Shown: positions 1 to 13,800, counted from the first letter of the whole stretch. The stretch is 54,691 nt of DNA, filler included, from Sphacelaria rigidula (GCA_964200075.2; 3 parts of 3 records of this genome joined end to end with filler, not necessarily neighbours in it); one strand, 5' to 3'. Notes: generated from the sequence alone by a model not told the origin. Program-made: numbers and translations.

Positions 1-61
1 TTTTTTTTTTTTGGGGGGGGGGGTATATCGTAAAAAGTGTCCTGAAGAAAATAAAACTGTG

Positions 62-210
62 TGGGGGTGGTGGGGGTCGTACTCATTTGTTGCTTGCCTT
101 AGGTCGTTTGACCATTGACCACGCATCCCTTTCGAGACGGAAGGCGAGGGGGGTGTACTCATGATTTTGCATGCCATAGTCATATGATCATCGACCTCGC
201 ATCCCTACAA
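62..210 (+). repeat. Dispersed repeat family X, copy 1
   Basis: GTACTCATTTGTTGCTTGCCTTAG..CGTTTGACCATTGACCACGCATCCCTTTCGAGACGGA is also found at 17930-18083 (+) and 39973-40190 (-). Confidence 0.8.
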
Positions 211-3066
211 AGCCGGGACGGAGCACGCCGTTTTTTCGCCGGACCAGGCTGGCAATCAGTCACCACGGGCAAAGCGCCGTAGTGTGTTCGTCGAGTCGCA
301 TGAAGGGTCGGGTTCATCTCGCCAAGATTGTTCGGCCCGAAGCGTGCTGATTATCTTGCATTTGGATGACAGCCTCCAAAGAGTTGGATGTCTCACCGTT
401 CAAACACTACGTAATACGATCATCTCCTTTGCGCGGAGTTGAGGTTCTCCCGCCCCCCACAACAGTATCTAGATCGACCACCATCATGGTTACCGTGCGC
501 AAAACGCCAGCGCGCAACGAACATTGGTAACCTGGCTGCCTAGCATACGCAGTGAGTTGCGTGTTTTACAGCGTCATCGCCAACCGACGCAAACCGCATC
601 GGGGGTCCGCCCCTACAAAGCCGGGGTGGAGCACGCCGAGTTCTCGCCGCACCAGACGTCTGTGTGTGTGGGGGTGTGTGGAGATGAAACAAACAAGCCA
701 AGTTAACTGAAAAACCCAAAACAAAACCAGAACCAAAAACAAACCAAGGAAAGACATGGGGAAGAACTAGTGGGAAAAGGACAACAACAACGACATAAAC
801 CTACATGGATAGGTAAAGACACGAATGAACAATAAAATAACAGCCTGCGCCACATCCCTCCACTCACCCTTGTAATTACCAGCCGGATAATTTTCTGAGC
901 GGCAGTTTCGAGCCTGACGAGGTTAGCCCTTTTAGCGCCGACCATTCTACTTCGACGCCAGTTGGATGAGTATTTCTTAGTTCGGTATGACTAATTTCGG
1001 GGAAGAGAAACCTTCTACACAAACCCCGGCAATTGGGGGCCGATAAGGGTGTGCCACTATCAGTACATGGGTACATTCCGAGGGTGGGGCTAATCATCGC
1101 TGATTCGAATAACCAAATCTACGACTTCTGAGGTCTACTTTTCTCGAACGAGAAAACAATATGACGCAGGTGGTCAAGATAATCTCTACTGGACACCAAC
1201 TTTGCGCTGTTCCATGCGCCTGGGGGTGCAACGCCGAAAACAAATCCCAAGTGTTGATTCGTACGGTACGAATCAATTACACGAAACAAGACGTAAATTT
1301 CAGACGAACTATTATCGCCCGACCCTACAGTAGGTACATTCGGCCGCAGCACCGTGAGCGATGATGGTGCCGGCTGCACTGGTAGCCATGCACATACGAG
1401 AATATTGCAGGCCATATACTGCGTGCACGCGTTGTGTGTGGCCTCGCATCAGGTGGACGGCAACTCAAAAAGTACAGTAAGGCAGCCTGTGATGCTATCG
1501 GCATAGCCAGCCACTTGACGGGTCCAGCAACGAACCCCATCATTTTGGCTATGACACCTCCTGGGAAAACTCTTGCCAAACGCCCATTGCCCAACTGGCA
1601 CCAATTCACGCCAACAAACCGGCAACCCTCGGAATAATCTTGGGACTGTTAGCGGGCAAGTGTAGCGCCGACCATTTTTTTTTTGTCATATGGTATCAAA
1701 CCTTAGACCGCCAGGGTGGGGTCCTACAGTCATTATTAAACTGAAAACGACATCAATTCAATAGATGATCACTCTTGGCTCTTAAACATTTAAACGCGTC
1801 TGAATTGTGGTGGATACTGGCGAATGTCACGGGGTTTTTAACGAGTACGTGTCTGCACACTTTATCCTCATGCGATCGCAGCAAATTACAGCACCCAGCA
1901 AGCAAAAGCGACTATAAGGCTGATTTCAAACGACCCCACAGATAAAGGGCGAAGAGTAGTCGACGTTTCCGAAACATGATGAGGTGACGTAGAACGAGAC
2001 AAGGCGCGGATTTTGTCACTGGAACCGTCTTCACCGTCCCTCGGTGCGGAACAGCATGATGGTGTTGCACGAGGCCGTTGCTCTTCTACTGTAATGCAAT
2101 ATATCGCTTCGAGGGTTACTGAGACAACACCCGTGATCTTGGGGGGTAATGAGTGGTCTACTGCAAGATGAGGGAATAACATCTACGCAGCGAATCGAAG
2201 TCCTTAGTTGATGTTGGATAATATGCCAATTTTTTGCTCAAAAGTCGCATCTACCATGATTTCAGTACCGACTGAACCACGGCATCTACTCTCTGTTACA
2301 ACGCTGCGCTGACATTAAAATGCAGGGGTGTCTCGTGCTATGAAGTCTGCTGAGACATCAAAGTAATACGCGTGACCTGGGGATCATAAGGAGTCTGTTG
2401 CAAAATGTTTGACGGGATTGAACCGATTATATTGTTTGAACGATGCGCTAGAAGTAGTGGAGAGTCTTATACATGTTGCGACACCGAAATCCATTTGTCT
2501 TGACTTCAGGTACAGTCCGCACTCATCACACTGTACTGGCCGTGCCGTGAGTTGCTGACCTTCAAACTCCACAATAAGTAAGGCTTACAGATATCATACT
2601 GAAATCAAGCAGTAAAAATAAGCGCTGATAACCGAGGTACATGCCGAAGACTCGAAAATACCCACACCTTGGACAGTATATGGTCAATAGTTGCAATGAA
2701 CAAGAAATGGACTACGCAACATATATGCCTATTGCGACTATTGCCTTGCCGATAAGACAATATTCGCAATAGGCCTATATTTTGCGCAGTACATTCCTTG
2801 TTTATTGCAACTATTGACCATATATTGTCCAAGGTGTAAAAATATCCAACACGAGTCTCGCACACGGCTCACAGAACCTAGACCCGTCAGCACGAGGTAT
2901 CTACGTGAAGCGCTGTGATCACCATGTTACAGTACTTTCAACCCTTTCATCGCCCTGGCGTGTATATTGAGTCGATCTCGTTTCTAGCTTAGAAACGACT
3001 GACGAATTCATACGTCTGTGTACGCCCACCCGAAGGGTTAAGTGAGCATTTCGGTAAAATCTTCCA

Positions 3067-3733
3067 CACGTCGAACAACTCATCTCAGGTTAACTCGAGC
3101 TAACTCTTTTTTCCACAACTCAACTGTGAGTTATAGCGACATGACTGAGAGATGCGTATTCTGATCTGGTGAGTTATACAACAAATCTCAGCGGTGCATA
3201 CTCTGACCGGGTTAGTTATACAGCGCAACTCAGCGGTGCACGTTCTGGTCGAGTGAGTTATACTGTAGAGCATAAATTAGCGGTGTATATTCTGGCTGGA
3301 TGAGCTATAGAACATAAGTCAGGGGTGCACGTTCTGGTCGAGTGAGTTATACTGTAGAGCATAAATTAGCGGTGTATATTCTGGCCGGATGAGCTATAGA
3401 ACATAAGTCAGGGGTGCACATTCTGGCCGGGTGAGTAAGGGAGCATAACTCAGAGGTACAAATTCTGGCCGGGTGAGTCACAGAACCTTAACTCAGCGGT
3501 GCATATCCTGCTCAGGTGAGCTATAGAAGATAACTCACCAATGTATTTTCCGGCCGGGTGAGTTTATCTGGAACATAACTCAGCGAAGGGTATTCTGGTC
3601 AAGTGAGTTACAGAACATGACTCAGCGGTGCACATTCTGGCCGGATCAGCTATTGAACATAACTCAGCGGTGCGTACTTTCGGCCGGTAAGTCATGCAAG
3701 ATAGCTGAATTAACTCATGGCTTGTCCGACGTG
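3067..3733. repeat. ~42-bp palindromic minisatellite (~13 units) with short inverted ends; probable non-autonomous DNA transposon
   Basis: Consensus is approximately ATAACTCAGCGGTGCACATTCTGGCCGGGTGAGCTATAGAAC. A near-exact 89-bp dimer is duplicated at 3241/3330. The ends CACGTCGAACAACTCAT and ATGGCTTGTCCGACGTG are imperfect inverted repeats. Confidence 0.85.
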
Positions 3734-4186
3734 AGTAAAATTAAATATCATCACCTCCCAGATAGTTGGCATCTATACTCACAGGACCTGCGGAGGCAAC
3801 ACCCATTTGTTCTGTATGGGTGATATGTGTGGCTACCAACGCCAAAAATCCTGAGGCGATGAAGTCTTGCCGTTGACTGATTGCTAAGGGCCCGCGTTAT
3901 CGAGTCCAAAAATGTGGGAACGCGACGTGATCGTAAGAGTGATCGTGGCGGTTGAGGATTTTTTTTTTTTAACTTAATATATGATTCCGATTGGTTGTGA
4001 GTTGATGTCACATTGTCAACTCTCCCAAATCACTTTCATGAATATTCAGTTTGTGGGATGTAGTTTTTGTGAGAGAGTATGAACATTTGGTAATAATGCG
4101 AAGAGCAACGTCACATGGTTGGCTGCTTGCTGGGTTCTTCATGGGGCGCGCACAGACAGTTGGCTTCCCGTCACTAGCAGTAGCCA

Positions 4187-5090
4187 CGCTGGCTTTAATC
4201 CCATCACCAGCAGTAGCCATGCGTGGGAGACACACCCCACGCGCACAGCTCCCACAGAGAGATGCGCACAGCTATATCTCCCAGAACTTCGCCGAGTAAG
4301 CAAGCATGGGCCCATCGGCGGGTAGTACGCACCAGCGCTGTACAGCACGGTGGCTATCACTCGCAAGGTTCGTGGGTATTGTCGCGCGGTCGAAACGCGA
4401 ACCATCTACGACGAAGAGCAGCAGCAGCAGCAGCAGCAGCATCATCGGCACCGGCTGATTCAGACCCACCCCCAGCCGTACACCTGTACTGGCAGTAAAG
4501 ATGCTGCTGCTGCTACTGCTACTGCTGCTTCTCGAGCGGGAGGCGATCCGCGTTTCGACGTGCGATAATACCGATGCACCTGGCGCGTTATTGCCTTATC
4601 TCTACTTGAAATAAACTATGATCTATTTGCGTGATGTCACCCTCATAGCAGTTTCAGTACGTATCACTTGTTCTCCCCCGTATTGGACGCTGGCTTTATT
4701 CCCATCACCAGCAGTAGCCACGCGTGCGAGACGCACCCGACGTGCACAGCTAGCACAGGGAGATGCGCACAGCTTTATCTCCCAGCATTAGCCAAGTGAA
4801 GAAGCATGGACCCATCGGCAGGTAGTACGGACCAGCACTTTCCACCACGGTGGCCATCACACGCAAGGTGCGTGGGCGTTGTAGCACAATCGAAACGCGG
4901 ACCGTCTCTGCCATGAGGAAGAACAGCAGCAGTAGCAGCAGCAGAAGTATCGGCACCGGCTGATTCAGACCCACCCCCAACCGCGAAAATCTACTGGGAG
5001 TGAAGATGCTGCTGCTGCTGCTGCTGCTGCTGCCAATGCTTCTTATCCTTCTCGTACGGAAGGCGGCCCGCGTTTCGACCTGCGACAATA
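4187..5090. repeat. Diverged tandem duplication of a ~500-bp unit containing (CAG)n and (CTG)n tracts
   Basis: 4187-4560 aligns by eye with 4688-5090 (GCTGGCTTTA.TCCCATCACCAGCAGTAGCCA ... ATCGGCACCGGCTGATTCAGACCCACCCC). Confidence 0.85.
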
Positions 5091-6736
5091 CCCATACCCC
5101 CTTGCGCGTGATTGCCGCCCTGCTTGAAGTCGCTGGTCTGTTCGCATGCTGTTACCGTCTCTGCATCACTCACTTGAATCCCACCCGCGATTAGAACGGC
5201 GCGTGATTTATCGTCATAATGAAGTTCTGAACCGTCACTTCCCCATCACCATCACGAAATTATCATCATTTTCCTTGTTTCGGTCAAACACCGCCTAAAG
5301 ACGACACTACGAACGAAGAACGCCGCGCTATGTCATGCGGTAATGACCATTTTTTTAGTTCTCACCGGCGCCTGTCAGCAAGAGCAGTTGTACCGTGTGG
5401 GCAGCAACCATTCACGTAAGGTAGAGAGAGATAAACGTGGCATACAGTTTCATGATTGGTGGTATTTTTACAAACTTTGATTGGTTAATATTCCGCGGTT
5501 GACATCGGATGTATTAGAAGGCCTTGATGGAAAATGACTTTCAGGCTTCTACACGTCTCCGCAACGTCTTTCCGTGGTTTGGATGAGATAACCATTGCCT
5601 GCACTCCGTGGAATTGGGCCAGATTTCGTTGAAGGGGTAATCGCAACTGCGCCATACACTTCTATATAACATATATGTACCAATTTGTTTACGATGATAT
5701 ATTACATAGTACGTATTATCAATTTTATTGACTCCATCGTGTCTGTTTTTCTCCGGGGGTGTCAAATAACGTGACACTAACCCCACGCAACACTGCGGCA
5801 GATATTGCAAGGATATTCTACGCGAAAAAATCAGAGCGAACGCTGATGGACAGCGTTCGCCACCAAACGACATTTACGATAAAAAAGAATATCATCAGAC
5901 CAGCTTGAGACACAGGAATGTGCCTGCACAGCATCTTGCAGCGCAGTACTCAATACTCCCTGAGCGATCGCAAAATATTGGCGTAGTGAAGACGGGTAGT
6001 ACGACACCATATACTGTAGGTGCTATAATAGACGACACGGTGAAAGTGCTGTGAGACAAACAAGCCGATCTTTCATCACAGGAGCTTACACGAGTGCATA
6101 TAGCATCACCGACCGACACAAACTCGGGCACGCAGCGAAAGAAAGTGAGTGTGTACCCAAAATCTCGGGTTGAGTCATTCAGAGACAGAGCTCCAAAATA
6201 CGAAACGGCACATTACACACGTACAGGACGGTAAGGTCTCGCAGCCACGATGTCCGCCCGCGCAGCAGGGATCCCCTACTCGTACTCTCTGAAAAAATAT
6301 TGAACCCATCAGCTATGTTGGCATCATGCCATGCTCTACAAAATCGTTATACAACACGCATTCATGATACTATATACACTGAAACTCACAATCAAATATC
6401 TCGGTGTGGTCGACCATGGATACTCAGCACAATATCCAGCACACGGCCGCGTTGCCGACGACAACACTTTACATTGTCAGCGCAGTAATTGATTGATTGT
6501 GTTGCTTATACCGTTTTTGAAATATGACGAAAAGTTGAGTAAATTGGAATATGGTATTAAAATTGCGTCAAATTCCTTTTACCGTGTTGAAGTCGATCTC
6601 CATGCCATTTTATCATATTCGACGCCAAGGGGCATTCTGAATCTCGGTGTGTGATCGCGTCGTTACTACCTGCGACAAGAGGAAAGCACCACTCTCAGTC
6701 ACAGTCTACGATATAGATTTACACACCAGAAACATC

Positions 6737-9700
6737 ATGAAGTTCACCGCCGCTTCCGTTCTTGTGGGGATTGCCTCTACCCAGGCGTTCATGGTGCAGC
6801 CTCAAATGAAGACCTCGGGCTCCGAGACGTGAGTGCGACACCGTCAATTTTTGGTATGGGAAGGCGACCCTTTACATTTTTTTGTATGCTTAATAGACTG
6901 AGAAATCAAGGGCCGGTTTTGTGAGAGAGTAGGTGCTGTGCTACAAAGCCGGATCATGCAAGCGGAGTTTGCGGCCACCTCACTCTTGGCACCTCATGTT
7001 TTAAGCTACCTGCCGATTACACGATGCGTAACTTTGACGTTTGCCGTTGTTGTATGTCAGCTGGTTTCTGGTGAAAGTTGATGTCCAGCAGTTTTGGAAT
7101 GGTAGATCTCCTCACAGAAGGGTGTTGCTCTTTCGGCAGACGTGCGTAGGCGATACAGACATTACTCTGAGAGGCATCAAATACAAAGTGCTCTCTGTCG
7201 GTGGGTCGACCTGCGTCATGTTAATAAACGGGGTGCTTTCGGCTTTCAACATTATGTAATGTTCAACACTTGTTGCTGTTATCGTTGGCATTCATGAGGG
7301 GTTGTCCGAAACGATGAGGCGATTTTTGCTGTCCTTGGTTTTGGCGAATAGAGGAGGGCGAGACAGCAGGTCGTACTGACTCAAACTAACTGCGGGCGGG
7401 ACCTAGCAGAGTGGAGTCATCAACACATTATACGGTACAGATGCCATAGTCAAGTATAGGACGCTCACCGCTACGATGTACGTTCATGTTTTCTTTGCAA
7501 GCAGAGGGAGATGCATCATCTGGCGGTTTGTGCAGGCCCTCTATGCCGTGACGGTGAACTCCCATTGATGTTGCGTAGTGTTGTTCGGACGGGGTGTTGC
7601 CTTGACCTCATTTTCTGCTGAGTACCTCAGAGTTCATAATCATAATCGCTTGCATGCACTTATAATTGTACCAAATGCTGCAGTATTTAACTGATATTTG
7701 GATAACACGAGAATCAACGAGCGCGGTGATTCAGGCCGGCCCCGCCGGTGCTTGTGTAACGAGCCAGCTGACTGGATTCCGCGCCTGATTTGCATAATCT
7801 TACCCGGAATTTGGGGCACCTTTTTGTCCAGTGTCACAAGGCCTTGCTTCGAATCAGTTTCGCGTATCGGTCGTACTCATCTCCAGGCCGTTGAACAGAA
7901 GGTGCTTGAAGTTGTGAGACATTCTACGCCGTCCGCGAAGTCTTCACTACAGCTGCAACATAGATGTACTGGTCGAGCCGACGTCTGTGTTTCCTTACAA
8001 AAATCGTCATGCACCTCAACCGGGAGGTCGGATGATTCATGGCTCATCATGGTGACATATCATATGACGAGTCCGGCTGTATTCCCGGAGTTACCACGAG
8101 TTTGGAAGCTTCCTCGTGCGTTGTCCCACGTAACACGTTACATACGTGTTCTATTTCTAGTTCACAAATGTCATTTACCGTGTCGTCTCGTATCCGCCGT
8201 ACCAGAGCAAACTCGCGCGCGGACTTCGCGAAGAAATTCTCGGCTGGAGTAGTGGCCGCCACGGTAGCCGCGGCGGCGCCAGTATTGGCGAAGCCAGGGA
8301 CTGGCGCCAAGCAAAACTTGTTCGGCGCGCTAGGTGCGGACATGAGCCTCGGGGGTGGTGCCTCGAACTACTGGCCGGAATCGCCGACGTATTCGCCATA
8401 CTCGCCGTACGGCACAGGCGAGGGTGCCCTTGCCGACAAGGACGACGGATCTTTCATGCTCAAGGTCAAGCTTGACATCTTGAAAGACTCTCAGAAGAGG
8501 ATTGCGACAATTCCGAAGTTCATTGAGGGAAAGAAGTGGGAGGAGGTCCGCTCTCTGCTCACCGCCAAGGTAGGCATCTGATTGTCTTCGACAGGAACTT
8601 GATTTCGTGCCACTCCTCTTTTTGGTTCTCGAGTGTACCGCATCCTTTACTTTGAAGTGCGGCAGATGGTGAACTCACGATCCGACTGCTGATCTTGGCA
8701 ATGACGCTATGCACCAAGCAAGCAAAACATGTTGGTCCTGTCCGCACCGAAGATTTTTCGTTCATCGAGCAGCTCTGGCTGAAGATGTCGAGGCGGGTCG
8801 TGTTTAACCCTGTCGGTGGACATGTTCAAGTACTGCACTGAGGTCACTAATCAAAAGTCTAGAGCATACCATTCACCATGGGATGTAAGTCTACATTCAG
8901 CTGAACGTCTGACAAGCAGTGGTCTAGGGTCACAACGGTGCGGTGCGTTCGACCAGTCTACGGTGGCAATATCTGGCGTCTGAGCCTGGTGAAGTGCGGT
9001 ATTCCTCATCCGAGCACTCTCTAGGTCTCGCGTGTGTAAGCAGTATATTCCGTGCATATAGCGTTTTTGATGTGATACAGATGGCTTCGCCACACTGATG
9101 ATACACTGGCCTCACGAAGGTGTTTCGGCGGTGTTTTCAAACAGGGGTGAAACTTCCCTTCTGAATCAGATCCTTTGCTCATTTCCAGATGATCGGTCGT
9201 CGCTTCATCTCTCCGGATGATTCCATTGGTTCAACACCTTACCCAGATTACTCTTGGGTGACCTCACTCGAAATCAAGCAAGTCATCTATAATGACCTGC
9301 TCATGGGGAAAAAGAAAATTGTATTTGACGTCTGGAAGTGTGCGTGGTGACGACTCAACTAGCGTTGCACTTTTTCCTGGCGTTGATGCTTGGGAAGTGC
9401 AGAAATGTCACCCGCATGTGCAACCCGGAACAAAGTGTAGACACTGTATCAAAAGTTGGGGATATTTCATGTAAGGATTACGAAGTTCTATGAGCACCCG
9501 GTCCGCTGTGCCAAATACCCCCTGTGTACAATTGTCGACCGCAAATTCGAGTACCTTCCATTTATCGCATTGAAATGCAAGCGCATCGGTCATGGGGCGT
9601 CATTCCGACTGTACGGCGGTTGCAGGTGTTCGGCACCCTGCTGTATAGTACTCACATCAAGTGGGCAAACAGGCTGTATTGAAGTTTGGAAGTGCAATAC

Positions 9701-10818
9701 GAAGTGTGCGTCGACTGCGTTGTATGCTTGTAGCCGTGATATTCGTGCAGTTTTTGATGGACTTGTACATTATTATCGTTGGAGTATTTGTTGGTTCACG
9801 TGAGAATTGTCGGTCGAAGCACATGTAGATCTATCTTGTAGATGTAGGTAGAAAAAAGCAATTTAGCACGATATTGTGATGACGGAAATGGAAAATAATC
9901 CACGTTCAACGGTTGACTCTAACGGGCTGAGCAAGCCTTGGCTCCGCCGGCAATGAACCGTATTTCATCCATGTCATGAATGTTTTTCAACTGCCACCAC
10001 CAACACATCCGTCTCGGCGTGAGCAGAGAGGTGAGCGACTGTTACAGTCCTCACGCTGTCGCCGTGATGATATCCTCCTTACTTGCCGAGCCACAGAAAA
10101 CGACAGAGAAGTCGTGTGCACCACCTAACCCTAACGACAACGTCACTCCCGATGACATCAACGCAGTGGCGCCATCATCTCATGATCAACTAGTACCCAT
10201 CACAAAGATGATATACGCATCACACTCCTGTTGGCGCGTCAAAATATCCATGGCACCCGCGACCACTCCTCGGGAGCCGTGCCACCGACGTCCTAGAATT
10301 GCCGCTGGACGAAGTGGTATACCCGAGAATTTTTCCACTCGCGGGGTATGGGATCAGCGCATGTACATGTTGGATACTCTCGTACACGTTTAGGACTGAT
10401 CCACCGTTGTAGGCGTGCAAAGAATCGTACACACAACCTCTTTCTAGAAACGAGGACGTTTTTGGTCGCCGACGACAGTCTGAAATGTGTTGCTGTTTTC
10501 GTCCCTAGCCCTTGTTCTATTTGATTTCATGTTGATCGCAGTTGACAGAAATATGTCGTTGTCCTCATCCCTTGTATGGAACCGTCATTTTCGCATGGTA
10601 TCTTGGCCCCATAATTCTCCATCTTGCAGGCCTACAACCTGAGGGATGCCATGAACACACTGTCAGCGGACAAGCCGGAGGCGACGAAAGTAGCCAAGCT
10701 TTTCTACCAGGACATTGAGGAAATCACGGTGCAGTCAAGGCTAAAGAACCAGGAGAAGGCGATGCAGGCTTACAACGACGCGCAGGACCACCTCACCAAG
10801 TACTTGGCTCTCATCTAG
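6737..10818 (+). CDS. psbQ: Photosystem II extrinsic protein PsbQ' (oxygen-evolving enhancer protein 3, red-lineage type); 3 exons: 6737-6828, 8206-8569, 10630-10818; 214 aa
   Basis: GT/AG junctions join in frame (phase 2, then phase 0). The N-terminus MKFTAASVLVGIASTQA-F is a stramenopile signal peptide followed by Phe, then a thylakoid transfer peptide (SRADF...VAAAAPVLA). The mature part (YSPYSPYG...KRIATIPKFIEGKKWEEVRSLLT...AYNLRDAM...FYQDIE) matches diatom/red-algal PsbQ' from memory. Confidence 0.92.
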
Positions 10819-13800
10819 ATTTTTTTTGCCGATTTTGTCGAGACGGATTCGCGCAGTCACCTTCCGAAGGGGCGGGGGTCGTAAGATTGCTGATGGACGA
10901 CCACTGCAGTATACGACTGGGAAGGACGCCGACTGTGCGACTGTGCGTTGTCTGCTGTTCTCTCGGGCGGCCGACATATTCGCTGTAGGGAATTTGGCGG
11001 TACTATGCAGTGGAGAAGGCGGACGGAAAAATCGAGAAGAGCTTGCCTCAGTCTCGATTTAGCCTTCGCCCTCCTCGATAGTGACTCGTGATGGGCAGGG
11101 TGTCATGTTTTGCGGGGCTATGTACACTTTCTCGGGTAGTTCTGTCGGTGATGGACGTCCGCTAGACAGTAGAGCTGTCAAGGGTGCCGATTTTTTCTTG
11201 TGTGTGGAGACATCGCATGCGCTGAACTGCGTGTTTTTACAAGCACATGATGCAACGTTAATAGACCGCTCACTGAACGCCGTTATTAGTGGTGTGAAAG
11301 TGAAGGGCCTCTCGTAGTTGTCCAGGGTGGAAATCTCGTCGGTCTGTCTCTTGATCCTGCAGCGATCACGTGAAAAAGCTGTGATTCCCATCCAGGTTTA
11401 ATCAAATATAATTGTTGAAATTTAACGTCTCGTGGTCTTGAGTGTAAAGTACGCATCCCCACTCAGGTCCGCAAGTAACATGATGTTTTCACAGTGACAA
11501 ATGGCACTAGTAACATTGAAAACGTTGGCACGCCTCTCGCGTAAGCAGCCTACTTGTCTCTGCCAACAACAGCCTCGTCGGCCGGGGGAAAGTTTCATCG
11601 TGCTCCCAACTCGGCTCGCTATTCGAACCCTGTTTGAGCGATGAGAATCAGTCAATTGATGACTGAATCGTTATGGTCCCGAAGTACCCCTCGGAGATGG
11701 GTCCGATACGCTTTCTGTCGTGGCTTGCCACCGAAGCCCTTGATGTCCCTGAAAAGGATATCGGCGCGTAGCTGTAAGCACATGTCAGTGCTTTAACCCT
11801 TGGGACAGCGGGAGTAGATAACCTGTTCAGTCGGCAAAAGTTTCACTTGAAGAAAACATTCACAGTCCAGATGGATTGCCCTCGCGTTCCAAGGGTTGGG
11901 CAAGAAAACGCACACACAGATTGAGAAATTGGGCATGCTGAAGCGAACTTTATAACCACTCTAAATCAAGGCTCTACTCTCAATTCTACGAAAACATCAG
12001 TATTCCTGGCGACTTCCCACACAATTTTTTCAAGCATACGAGTAAGTACCACACCTGGGCCGCTGAATAGCTTGCAGAACAAATCAAGATTTCGACCGCC
12101 TCACCGATTTCTTGAAGGCCGTTCTCCCCTTAATTTGGAAAAAAAAAGGTGAAATCGTAATATTTGGTACGATGAGACTAAGCGTAAGGTGTGACAAAAC
12201 ATAGATGGGATGTAACAAAGAATAATTTACTGGGATAGGGAGTCTTTATTTCATGAGCTGATGGCAAAACAAATATTATACAGCTACCAGTAAAACACCC
12301 GTCAACTTCTGGCCTAGCTGGTAACTACGAATCGGCTGGATGTTGAGTCGATCTCGACGTGTCCCAGAGTGCGGAGGTGTTGCTGTATGCCCAACGTTCT
12401 TCTACTGAGTTTAGGACGTGAATTGACACCATCACCTACTACTCGTTTTTACCTGACACTCCCGATCAGGTAGGGTGTTGAAGTTTGTACAGTGATGCCG
12501 GTCCGCTCAAAAGAACCGGCTATTTCGAAGACGCTTGAAACCCTGTACACTTCGGCAGCTACAGCTAGTGTTTGGCCAGCAATATTTTTTTCTTGTTCAT
12601 CTCTTATTCCCAGCCCAGCAGTCACTTCATGTTTCTTTAGAGCGGTCGTGTTCGCAAACAGAACTTTGGCCCACAGGTTGTCCACTTTTGGGGCGAATGA
12701 CCCCTCTTTTGACCACCAAGCCAAGAAAATTTCAACGCACGCCTGGGATACTTCTTGCATCACCCCACAGAGGAGTTTAGTCTGCTTTCCAGATTTGCTT
12801 GGCTCTGAGGTTTCGAGATTGGCCGCCGAACAAAAACTTGTGCGCGAAAATCTGTGCTTGCCGACCTCCGCCAATCAGACTCAAGGGTTGGCCTAACTCC
12901 TAATGAAAGCGTGAAAGTCTGCGCGTTTGTGGAGGACGTGGGCTTGAAACGTGCAACTCCTAACTAGTTGGGTTTAGTATGGAAGCGTCTTTTGGGGTGA
13001 AATTGACTCTATCGCAAGAAAAACTGCGAGAGGTTTTCGAGTTTGTCTACCAAACCTTGTACATGTGTACCTTGAGCTCTCCCGGGACGCATCATTCCAT
13101 TATTTTTCTTTCAGGGCATTTTGTACCGCTTTCCGGGGGTCTTCATGCTGGGGCTCTCAGAAGCCGGTAGAGAACGGAGAGAACATGATATATTGTAAAC
13201 AAAACAAATTTTCCATCTTGAGCATCAATACCTACGGAACCGCCGAGTTCGAGGGCGATCTGAGCTTTTCTACAACAGATATTGGGGATACCGTCACGAG
13301 GCTCCCTGGGTGTTTCGTGCGTATCGTGAGTGGAAATTAGACAACGCCAACACCCGACATCACCGAAACATCACGGTTTCGGGTATAATTCGACATCCGT
13401 AGTAACCGTTTAAGAATATGATTTTCTCGTTAGATTCCCGTGTCGATGACAGTTGCTACGATTTGAAGCATGTCGAGACTGGGTGAAAATTGTGTTTGGT
13501 ATTCGTCATTTAGGTCTCGGAACAGTTTGAAAGGCGCTGATTGGATGAGACGCATTTCCGTCCATGGCGCCACCGCTACGGCCGTAAACAAAACCCCGGC
13601 TATGTCACCCTCTTCGTCTCTTCATTGCGGTCAGTATGGTACCATATATGCGACCATTGGGGGCGTTTTGTGGAAGGCATATGCTGATGATATTTTTTTG
13701 GGTGATCACCGTGAACCAGCCCGTACTATTTTCCAACCATGAAGAATTTGGGGCGCCGGGTTCGCGAAAACCCTTCAGAATAAGGCCACATCTAGAACAC

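Noticed and set aside
3100..3720. CRISPR-like palindromic array
   Set aside because: The units are contiguous with no spacers, so this is a minisatellite.
4272..5194. Poly-Q, poly-L, poly-A and poly-S ORFs
   Set aside because: These are translations of CAG/CTG microsatellites in a duplicated repeat, with stops and no domain.
11797..11895. piggyBac-like MITE (TTAA-CCCTTGG...CCAAGGG-TTGG); similar ends near 2942-3042 and 33170-33185
   Set aside because: The TIRs are short and imperfect and the TTAA TSD is not intact on both sides; possible but unsupported.
12449..12896. Transposase remnant (LAWWS resembling the hAT dimerisation motif)
   Set aside because: A single short motif with no other conserved residues.
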